Below the pieces are notes generated by a model. That model was not told where the DNA came from. It saw only the letters and a program-made list of their open reading frames with translations, and did not search any database. Positions 37,206 to 47,789 of a stretch of 64,000 bases of DNA are shown in pieces. The stretch lies in contig JBHGNT010000013.1 of assembly GCA_043228905.1 (NCBI GenBank), forward strand, positions 17,484,001 to 17,548,000. Direction: 5' to 3'. Every line of letters starts with the position of its first letter. The first letter of the stretch is position 1. A program made the translations under genes and the position numbers. The DNA comes from Azolla caroliniana. Its lineage: Eukaryota > Plantae > Polypodiophyta.

Positions 37206-39753
37206 GTTCCACGATCGTCGGGTCTACGCACCCGATCTCCCCCAGCGCGAATGCAAAGAAGGCCTTCCCCTGCCTTCCAAGCATTCTCCAAAACCTGTCC
37301 TCCTCCGCTAGCAGTAGAAAGCCACCCCCACCGATCTTAAGCTCCTATAGCGTTTTGTCGGTGAACCGGTGTCCTATGTTGGCTGGATTCCGCAAACTTG
37401 CATCCGACGCGACCCCTTTCATCCGTTCCTCATTGCCCTCTGGTAAGGTTGCCACGACTAGCCTCACCTTCCGTTCCACACTCTTGTACGTCGTATCCAC
37501 ATGGGCCGTTCGATCCAACTCGACCTTTTCCCCGAAGTCCGCAATGACTTCGTACATCTCCACCAAGTTAACCGGAATCACCCAGTCTTCACTGAGGCCT
37601 TCTTCAATCACCTTTCCCATTTCTCCCAGGGTGTCGTCGAAAGAGACTGTCTCCACAGCGTTGCTAATTTCTTCGTCAGGGCTGAGGACTCCACACTCTC
37701 TGAAAACACTCCTCGGACCTCTTCTTTTCCCGGCCACCGACGCCGGCTATCGTACAACCTCCGTTGTCGGAGACCCAAAACTTCCTACCTATAGTGAAAA
37801 ACTTCCTACCTACTGTACACATGTGGGGTTCTTCCGGAGTGTCCGAACTACCACGGCCCCACGCCTTGATAGCCCTCTCTAAAAATGCCCTCGGCCATCA
37901 CTGCCAAGAGTTTCGTGGTTATGCTCATGGTTCAGTCGCACGGTCAGGCATTGGAGCTCCTCATGTGTTGTTTCGCTTACGCGTGAGAAACTAAGGCGGG
38001 ACCGCGGGGGCCTTGGACCGAGGAGTGCAAGAGATCGAAGAGAGACGCACAGCCACCAGACAATGAAGGGAACCATGCAGGAAAACACCGAGAGACGGAA
38101 AACAGGAGAATCAATTCCAATAATAAGAATAATTACAACGATTGCAAGATTACAACCGGCAAGCCGGCAATAGACCCAACATAGGTGACCACACACCCAC
38201 GCATGCACATAGTGGAGAGTCTGCCGGAAGCACTCAGACTTTCCTCGAAGCAAAGGCGACCGACCCAAAACCCGCAGTGAACAACGATAAAGGAGGAGAG
38301 AGCTCGGTTCCCAGTCCGACAACGCCTCGTCCTCGCCAAAACGCGATACTCTCTCAGTCTTTTCCCCTTCCTTTTATAGGTCACCGGGGAGGGACCGTTG
38401 CATCCTGGTCACATCACCTTTATTCTCTGTCCCTTCGGACCGAGATTCTCTTTGATTTACTAACCTATTCATATATTCTACCTAGGATATTCACATTACG
38501 CTGGCCTATTCCTAGTGATGCACAAAGTGTTGGTTTGCGTGCTCATGCATAAGCACCGATTCACTTGCCTAATTCCCTGATTCCACCTAAGGCCGGTTTT
38601 CTCCATGACAACGGAGCCAACTGGTCCTCCCGAAAGTCGTTCAGCCGAATGATTCACAGATTGGGGTTGCCCCTGGAGTCGTATTTGCTTCGAGTGGTTA
38701 CGGCGAGTGAGGGGGCAACGTTAGATGACCTATTCGATTTCCGCCTAATCGAGTGAGGCACGGGTGTGGCTTCAAGAGTGATTTCGAACATTGGAGTTGC
38801 CAATCGAGATCTTCAAGGTGTACAAGAGAAAAGTTGTTGATGGAGGTTAGATAGATGGCGGTGGGAGAATCAAACAAAACCACGCTCTGATACCATATGT
38901 TGGGAGCACTGTCATATGATGCGAAACAAGATCAACACTCCTCTAGTGGAAGATCATAAGTAGATTAAAGATCACAGTGGATTGATGGCAGCATAGACAG
39001 AAAAACAGGAATGCAACTAGTGCGTTCGAGAGAGAGAAACAATTAAGCACAACTCAGAATATATTGCAATAGCCACCCGGAACAACAACCCCATAACTAG
39101 GTTACAAAGTCAATTTATATACTGAGTGACTTAGGGCAACTGCCCTTCTCACTATTTACATAAGTAGCCTAAGCCTAGTGTGTACAAAGGAGACGGTGTG
39201 AATACGTCCATTAGAAGCCCGTATTCAACACACGGATGACGAGGCTACAATCCATAAGACTACGAACGTAGAACTGAAAGTGACGAGGCTAGGAACTCTA
39301 GAAGTTGAGTGATGAGACTATGAACTTAGGAAGCTATGGAGAGCATGAAGACATAGATGAAGAAGGAGACAATATGGCATGAAATGAGAATACTAGATTG
39401 GTGTGTCAATGATTGGCTTTGAATCCCTTGAAAGGGACGAAGGAGGTTACAAGTATTTATACAAGTTCTGAGATTGAATATCTCTAGAATAGACTTGAAA
39501 AATATTTCTAGAATATACCTAACAAATATCTCTAGAATATACCCGTCTAGAATACACCATAGAATATTTCTAAAATATATTAAAGGCTCTAGAATATTCT
39601 GGAATGTAGTATATACTAGAATATATAATGCTAAATTATTATTATATATAAATACATGCTCATATCCAGATGGTTAAGCATGACGTCTTTTAGATGTGAG
39701 GTTGGAAGTTCAATCCTCACCAACTACGTATTTCATGTCACGGTGTCGTGACA

Positions 39754-41311
39754 TTATCCTCCCCTTTACGGCCGCCTTTTCGAAAGCATGGTGTAGGGGT
39801 GAATGGAAATTGGAGCACCAACAGGCGTGAGCGACCATATGTTGTCCTCACCGAGGACTGGAACACCAACGGACATGAGCGACCATGCGGCCCTCACCGG
39901 GAACTAGAACACAAACAAGAGTGAGCGACCATGTGTGGCCCTCACCTGGAACTGGAACACGAACGGGAGTGAGCAATCATGCATCCCTCACCGAGAACTG
40001 GAACACGAACAATCCTCACTAACTACGTATTTGATGTCACGGCGTCGTGACATTATCCTCCCCTTTACGGCCGCCTTTTCGAAAGCATGGTGTAGGGGTG
40101 AATGGAAATTGGAGCATCAATTGGCATGAGCGACCATGCGGCCCTCACCGGGAACTAGAACACGAACATGAGTGAGTGACCATGCAGCGCTCACCGGGAA
40201 CTAGAACACAAACAGAGGAATGAGCGACCATGCGGCCCTCATCGGGAACTAGAACACCACCAAGTGAGGGAGTGCAGTTGAAGAGGTTGACTCGACTTCT
40301 TCTATCATGAGAGGGTGCTAGTGAGAAACTAACACGATCCCCACCAAGAAAGTGAGTGGTTGTTACCCCCACTGGAACTGGGAAGGTGAGCAATCGGAAT
40401 CGATTCTCATCAAAAGAAAGTGGAGCGGGACTTGAACTAAAATGAAAATGGAGTGCAAGCGAGCAATGGTTTGATCCCCACCAGGAAAGTGAGTAGTTGT
40501 GACCCCTACTAGAATTGGGAAGGTGAGCAATCGAAATCAATCCTCACCAAAATCTTCTTCTATCATGAGAGGGTGCTAGCGAGAAACCGACGCGATCCCC
40601 ACTAGGAAAGTGAGCGGTTGTGACCCCCACTGGAACTGGGAAGGTGAGCGATCGAAATCGGTCCTCGCCAAAGGAAAGTGGAGAGGGACTTGAACTAAAA
40701 TGAAAATGGAGTGCATGCGAGCAATGGTCTGATCCCTACTAGGAAAGTGAGCGGTTGTGACCCCCACCGGAACTGGGACGGTGAGCGATCAAAATCAATC
40801 CTCACCAAAATCTTCTTCTATCATGAGAGGCGCTAGCGAGAAACTGATGCGATCCCCACCAAGAAAGTGAGCGGTTGTGACCCCCACCGGAACTGGGAAG
40901 GAAGGTGAGCGATCGAAATCGGTCCTCGCCAAAGGAAAGTGGAGCAAAACTTGAATTAAATTGAAAGTGGAGTCCAAGCGAGCAATGATCCGATCCCCAC
41001 CAGGAAAGTGAGCGGTTGTGACTGCCACCGAAACTGGGAAGGTGAGCAATCGAAATCAATCCTCACCAAAATCCTGATGCACAATGATGCCTATAGATGA
41101 TAATAATGACAATGAAGAGGTTGGAACAATGATGATGATGAAAGACCATGCAAAGTAGTGTTGATGAAGATGAATCTTGGGCAAAGAGGTGTTGAAAATG
41201 ATGATGGCAAAGACAAGGATGTTGATGATGGTAACTCTGGAAGCAAGGATGGTGATGATGGTAACTCTAGAAGTAAAGGCCATGATGAAGACAAGTGATG
41301 CTTCTAGTTGG
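39754..41311. repeat. Tandem-repeat interior of element G (~43-bp units at 39820-40260; ~120/250-bp units at 40300-41075; GAT-rich tract)
   Basis: Repeated GGAACTAGAACAC...GTGAGCGACCATGCGGCCCTCACC and GAAAGTGAGCGGTTGTGACCCCCAC.GGAACTGGGAAGGTGAGC units; duplicate of the LTR end plus PPT at ~40012-40140. Confidence 0.9.
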
Positions 41312-42188
41312 AAGGGATTCAAATTGTCACAAACACACCAACCGCAGACTCAGACGAAGCACAGATGATGGGGCTACGAGCTTGGAACTTAAGAATATAG
41401 GAATAACACAAGAGCATGAAGACAGAGACGAAGGAGACAAGATGGAATGGAACAAGAATACTATATTTGTGTGTCAATGACTGGCGTTGAATCCCTTGAA
41501 AGGGACCAAGGAGGTTACAACTATTTATACAAGTTCTAAGATTGAATATCTCTAAAATATACTTGAGAAATATCTCTAGAATATACCCGACAAATATCTC
41601 TAGAATATACCCGTCTAGAATACACCATAGAATATTGCTAGAATATATTAAAGGCTCTAGAATATTCATGAATTATACTCATATTCATATGGTTAAGCAT
41701 GATGTCTTGTAGATGTGAAGTTGGAAGTTCAATCCTCACCAACTATGTATTTGATGTCATTGTGTCGTAACATAACCCATAGTTTGTAATATTCACATAC
41801 GTCCAATTTAGTAGACGTATGCAAACATTTGCATATGGTCACGTATCATACGTGATATTCGTTTCCCGTTTTTTTTCCCTTTTGGGGTTTTTTTTTGGTG
41901 ATATACGTGCGTCACAAGTCTGAGAAGGACGAAACGAACCAAGCATGCGACCTCCACCCACGGCTCTCCTCTTCCTAGCTTTGCAATTGGACCAACCAAT
42001 CATGTTCATCTTTTACTCCATCTCCCTTTCTGTAGAAGATGAGCATGATGATGATGGTGGTGGAGCAACAACCATGGCTCCTTCTGACCCCCCTCGTTCT
42101 TGTACCCAATCATCATCCCATCTTTGTGCCTGATAAGCTTTGTGATAGCTCCACTTATACCGCCAAATCTAGAGGTCCCTTCTAATTT

Positions 42189-42224
<36 letters not shown>

Positions 42225-42482
42225 TGGTTGTGGTTGCCTTTCAATGTGCTCTAGATGAGGAGGAGCCATGGCATGGATAGCATAGAAGAGGGTTTGAAGA
42301 ACACAATGAATGAAAAACTAGAGGGGGGGGGGGGGATTGGGTAAACATGAAATAATAAATATAGACGAATGGATTTCAATCATACTTGGAGCCATTTCAC
42401 GCATGAGTATGATACGAATATTCACGTATGAGTATTACACGAATGGGAAGTATGGCTCGAACTATGCTCTAACCCATGAGAT

Positions 42483-42523
<41 letters not shown>

Positions 42524-42524
<1 letters not shown>

Positions 42525-45391
42525 ACGTCACCAACTCTAGTCAACCACGCCATGACATCACAATACATTTCACACATGAGCTCTCTGACATATATGCTCG
42601 ACATGTTCAAGCCCATCTCTCCTCCCTTGATCCCTCCCTACCTTTAGAGAGCCTTAATACGAAACTCACACACATCCTTCATTCTGCAGCGGTTAGCAGC
42701 TTCCCATACACAAAACACTCCAATCAAGGTAAAGTAGGATCTATGCCACAAAATAGATGGTATGATGAGGATTGTAGGTGCTTACATCGACAACTTACAA
42801 TATCGCAACTCAGTGGTAGTATTACCTCAGTACAAGCTCGTAAAGAAATGCGCAAGATGACACGTCGTAAGAGACGAGCATGGGAGGCATCCCAATATTG
42901 GGAACTCTACCACATGCTCATGAGTAACGATTGTGCCACTGCATGGAAGAGATTACGGGAACCAAGACCACAAACACCCATCGAAGATCCCGAAACTTGG
43001 CACACTTATACAGAGAGACTTTACCACATCCCAAACCAACCACCCATTCCAATGCCTTCCACACCCCGACCTACTGTGGGGACACTCTTCACGACCTCTA
43101 GGGTCACGAAGGTCATAAAGAAATTACAACATAGGAAGTCCATGGACCACACAGGATTGCGAGCAGAACACATCATATACGCGAGAGAGTGCCTAGCTCC
43201 CTTACTAACTCTAATCTTCAATCGTGCCCTTGCAGAGGGTTTTCCATTACAATGGACCATGAACACAGTGGCCCCCATACATAAGGGGGGGGACCCCATG
43301 GACCCAAATACTTATAGGACCATTATGATAGGTCATACCCTTGCTAAATTATATGGTGCAGTAATGGAGGCAGAGCTTAGCGAGTATATGGAGACCTTAA
43401 ATCTTCGTGCACCTGAACAGGCCGGCTTTAGACGAGCCTTCTCCACTATTGACCATATCTTCACACTTAGATGCTTAATTGACCAGACTAAGGCTCGCAA
43501 GAAGAAACTATATTGTTGTTTTGTGGACTTCCGCAAAGCCTTTGACACGGTCCCTAGAGAGCGGTTGTTTGATAGGCTTAAGAGCTTGAGGATACCAGAT
43601 GACATGGTTTGGGCCATCTACGCACTATATGAACAAGTGTCCGGGTGTGTTCGATGCCCAGGCGGCATATCCGATAGTTTCACTAGCACTATTGGTGTAA
43701 AACAAGGTTGCCCCTTATCTCCGACTCTTTTTGGGATCTACATTGATGAGATCACAGATTTTATTGCTCGTAAGGGAGGCAATGGAGTAGTCCTTGGAGA
43801 TACGCAGGTGCGTATCTTGCTCTATGCAGATGACATAGTTTTGCTCTCTGAATCCGAACACGACCTACAAAGGCACCTTAATGCCTTAGATGACTTTTGC
43901 ACACAACGAGGATTGGTAGTGAATCTAGGGAAAACTAAAGTCCTTATCTTCCACACGTCGGCCCAAGTTAGAGCTAAGTGTCACCTAACTATCTCCCATA
44001 GCCCAGTTGAGGTGGTTGGATCATATGTCTATCTCGGAGTCACTTTCAGTGCCCGCTCAGGTAAATTTTCGATGACACAAGCAGCGAAGGATAGACTTAC
44101 AAGAGGACATGCATCCCTCTCACTCCTCGAGAGACAATGCCACCAAGCATACTTCCAAGAGCCACGAACTAAAGGGTGGCTCTTTGACTCATTAGTGACT
44201 CCCTCTCTCATGTATGCATCAGCGGTTTGGGCCCCAGGACTACCATCTTTCATGTGGACGCAATTAGAGAGACCATTGGTGATGATGTTATCACGCCAAC
44301 TCCGAAGCAAATCGTCGGTCCCACATGACATTATTAGGGCTGAGTTCACTCTACCCCCTATGTTAGTAGAAGCACTTTTTCAACTGGTAGTCTTTATACA
44401 CAGGATACATAACCAACCACTTGATAGAATATCCCACCAAGCCTTTAAGGCTTCTCGAGCATTGTATGAGTCCGGCTATACTAGCTCATGGTATGGCATG
44501 ATGGTGGGTTGGCTTCTTGCCAACGGTCTAGACATTACTAACCTCCCCCCCCTTAAGTACGACCACACGAATGATAACACTTTACTCTCTCATGAGGACC
44601 GTAATAAAGTAATACGCCAAGAAATATGGCAAATTTATACCCGGTATAAATGGATCACCCCACTAGAGCCACTCCCATCTAAAATGGCGTACTATAAGGA
44701 ACACTTTATGCACTTCTCTGAGTTAGGTTTTATCACGCGCCCAAAATATCTAGATGTATTCTTACCACATGCACTAAGGGTTGCCATTGGTCAACTTAGA
44801 ATATCATCTCACCAACTTGAGATTGAGAATGGACGTACTAATGGAGTCCCTAGGGAGGAAAGGATATGTAGGTTATGCCACATAGAGATAGAGGATGAGT
44901 ACCATTTTACATGCAAATGCCCCACCTATGCCGAGATAAGGGCAAAATACCAAGACATACTTGGTTCCTCTCCCACCCTCCCTAAACTATTAGATACACT
45001 AGATATAAAGAAATTAGGTAGATACATCTTAGAATTGAAACACCACAGAGAGAACAAATTACAAAACGTTGATAATAATGTTGCTAATGTTTACCAACAT
45101 ATAACAAATGAAGTTTTTCAGGAACAGGGGGAGACAATGAATGTCGACACACCTGCACCACTCGGACTTCTCCTTGATGAAGCAGAAAATCAAAGAAGAA
45201 CCAAACACCCTCGGATGCCGGGTTTCAAAGCAACTCGACGAGATGTAGAAGCAATAAAGAAAATAAGGGAACGTGAACTACACCGCCTAGAAGCCATGGC
45301 TAGGGCACTCTATGCATCGGGACCATGGGTCACACCCACACCAAAAACTTTTGACCTCCCACTTCTTTTTGAGAGACTTGGGTGGAAATGA
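42524..45391 (+). CDS. LINE ORF2 reverse transcriptase with C-terminal CCHC zinc finger (endonuclease lost to 5' truncation; no genuine start codon)
   Basis: NTYRTI, EQAGFR, FVDFRKAFD, GVKQGCPLSP, LLYADD, YLGV, and RISSHQLEIENGR...ICRLC...EDEYHFTCKC; ~955 codons without a stop. Confidence 0.92.
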
Positions 45392-45567
45392 GATTAGGCT
45401 TGGTGCAAAGTTTTGTACACTACTAGAACTTTCTTAGCTTAAGCTATTTTCTTTTATTTTTAGTTTTGATGATTGGATAAACACTCATTTTTTGTTGTAA
45501 CCTATTTGTCTCATGGGCCAAATTTGGCCTTAGAAGACGTTAATATTTCTTTCTTTCTTTCTTTCTT

Positions 45568-45569
<2 letters not shown>
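42524..45569 (+). mobile_element. 5'-truncated non-LTR retrotransposon (RTE-X-like) inserted in a (CT)n microsatellite
   Basis: (CT)n at 42486-42523 on the left; (TTTC)n tail at 45546-45569, then (CT)n(CA)n on the right; uninterrupted RT ORF. Confidence 0.88.
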
Positions 45570-45599
<30 letters not shown>

Positions 45600-46754
45600 T
45601 TTTGTAAAAATAGTGTATATGTTAAAAACAATTGAGAATACAAAAGACCATGTTGTCCCTACTACAATGTACAATAGTTGGGATCTTATGGCAACTGAAA
45701 CCCTCTAAGGTGTTGCAAAACTAGTTGACTCAATAAATGCAACTCTCTCAAAGGCAAGGCTCTCAAAGGCAAGGACTCACAAAGCTCCACTGCAAGAATT
45801 CCAAAAATCAATTTTCCTTTCGGTCTACATATTTGTTGGGGCATTCCATAAAGACCATATAGAGGATTGGAGGGTTAAGATTGATCTCCCTAAGTGAAAA
45901 CCCAAAGAAATGGTGTTCGAGTTATCATAGTTAATGATACCCAAAGTTGTGATATAACAATCCAAATAGCTTTAGCAATTGGGCATGTATGGAATTTGTT
46001 TAGCATTCTCCATCGATTGCTTTACAAAATGCCGTGTCCCCCATTTGAAACTAGTGAATATTTTAAAGTGGTTTCCAAATGCAAACCTACACTGTATTAC
46101 ATGTCAAAGAAACAGTTTCACACAAAATGGAAGATGAGATTGTCATCCTCCATACAACATCCAACATCACAAATGTACATAAAGTTAAAATGTGACATGT
46201 GAGTAACACCTTCACCATCAACCAAGTGTTGTCTCCCATCAACAATAAGATGTAATTTTTATGTACCATGAGTATCAAATGTTTGCTAGCAATTAACCCA
46301 AAACTAGACAAAGCAAGTGGTGGATGCCAAAATGCCAAATATGGTCAATACACATGAGACTTTCTTGTACACAATTCTAAATGTTACGATTTGCCCGTGT
46401 GGCACCAAAATAATAATTTGCACAATTTCCGAGCGTGACTTTGCCATACAGATTGAATTCAAACATGAGACTTTCCTTTCCATCCCATACATAAAGAGTT
46501 GGGAGGATGCGAGTACCTATGTTGGTAGAGAAATGCTATATTGTCTGCACTCTGACAACTGCCACTTGACCAACCTCAAACTTTGTTTCAATGAGCGCAC
46601 TAAGAGTTGTGCCATAACAAACTCGAAGCATTTAAAACGATCGATCATCCAGTCCTTGGTTTTACCATGGTAGATGCCAACCTTTTCCAAAAAGTGACAG
46701 ATTATACTTGCCCAAGGCTGAGTTCCTGCACTATATACATTTTAAGAGGCCTCT

Positions 46755-46798
46755 ATGTGTCCATGCATGTGTGTGTGGGTATCTCTCTCCCTCTCCCT

Positions 46799-46855
<57 letters not shown>

Positions 46856-47178
46856 GCACATACATATATATATTCATTCACATAGCGTACATAGCATAAA
46901 CAGTCACTCCATATCGACACATTGGAGCAAACAAAATTATGGACGGCACACACATCCACATTCTCACTCATCTCCCTCAATGCACGTCCTCATTCTCTCC
47001 CATCTCCCTCGGAGACGATCAGATTTTGTCCCATGTCCCCTCACAACCATTCACATCCACATTCTCTCTGCTCTCCCACACATGCACACGCGCATGGGCA
47101 TGCACTTGCAGATACATACATACATACAAATACACATGCACAGGACATGGCCTATGGCCTTTGCACATACACATACTC

Positions 47179-47213
<35 letters not shown>

Positions 47214-47388
47214 TCTATCGATCTATGTATCTTTCTTTCTTCTTTAGAGATGAGGATCAGGGATCAGAGAGATCACACACTCACACACACACATAATGTC
47301 TCTCACATGCCATAGTTTGAGATGGTCACGTCAATCGTTGGATGACGATGTTAATGTCATTGGTTCAATACACCAATGCGCCATGAAG

Positions 47389-47444
<56 letters not shown>

Positions 47445-47780
47445 ACAATTACAAGAATTTTTATGATGAGGAAGGATTGGATTGAGTTGAGTTGAGTTGC
47501 AAGAAGTAATGGAAATTGAGAGGGATGAGGATTCGAACCCATGACCTATGGTGGGATGACCCCCATTCATCATCATCATACATACTCATAGCCTATAGCT
47601 CATAGCCCATACCCATACCCATACCCATACCGACACACTGTATGTGTGTGTATGTGTAACGGACGGCAGAGATGCTCCTCAGATCGTGACCATCGGACGG
47701 CCCAAAACGCATCGCCTGTTGCTCTCTCTCTCTCTCTCTCTCTCTGTTTATCTGTGAACAACCACACACACACAGTGAGA
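46755..47780. repeat. Microsatellite-dense region upstream of the Dof gene: (CT)n, (CA)n, (GT)n(GA)n, (CCCATA)n
   Basis: Directly visible tracts at 46785-46870, 47183-47210, 47389-47443, 47606-47630 and 47722-47745. Confidence 0.95.
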
Positions 47781-47789
47781 GACAGAGCT

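Larger units (their letters stand above)
28153..38610 (-). mobile_element. Ty3/Gypsy element E (RT-RH-INT order), interrupted by Copia F; left LTR truncated, gag/protease not seen
   Basis: RT 30562-31225 plus linker 37206-37740 (PYSNRWFTVPKK, DLYSGYDQ, PFLDDI); RNase H 29968-30549; integrase 28483-29775 (YHES...H, CESC, YNPEASGKVERG). LTR repeat 28153-28386 matches 38378-38610. Confidence 0.9.
22486..39230 (-). mobile_element. Ty1/Copia element D, degenerate, hosting a solo LTR, Gypsy E and Copia F
   Basis: TSD CACGG at 22481-22485 and 39231-39235; LTRs 22486-23782 (interrupted, internally duplicated) and 38898-39230; PBS 38884-38895; gag 27554-28150, INT 25700-27064, RT/RH 24001-25515. Confidence 0.94.
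22446..41772 (-). mobile_element. Non-autonomous LTR element G (LARD/TRIM-like) with non-coding repetitive interior; its left (3') LTR is split by Copia D
   Basis: TSD TAACC at 22441-22445 and 41773-41777; LTR copies 22446-22485+39236-39753 and 41325-41772; minus-strand PPT at 39754-39768; no protein motifs in 39754-41324. Confidence 0.85.

Noticed and set aside
37890-37906. TGGCAGTGATGGCCGA (minus strand) as the PBS of Gypsy E
   Set aside because: Not adjacent to a TG/CA LTR end and no tRNA 3' match recognised.
39820-40260. ~43-bp repeats as a CRISPR-like array
   Set aside because: Whole units repeat with only a few variable bases; it is the minisatellite interior of element G.
42476-42523. 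Listed start of the 971-aa LINE ORF
   Set aside because: The ATG and SLSL run come from flanking DNA and the (CT)n target; the element is 5' truncated.
45790-46700. Possible DNA transposon remnant
   Set aside because: No recognisable transposase motif, TIR or TSD by eye.
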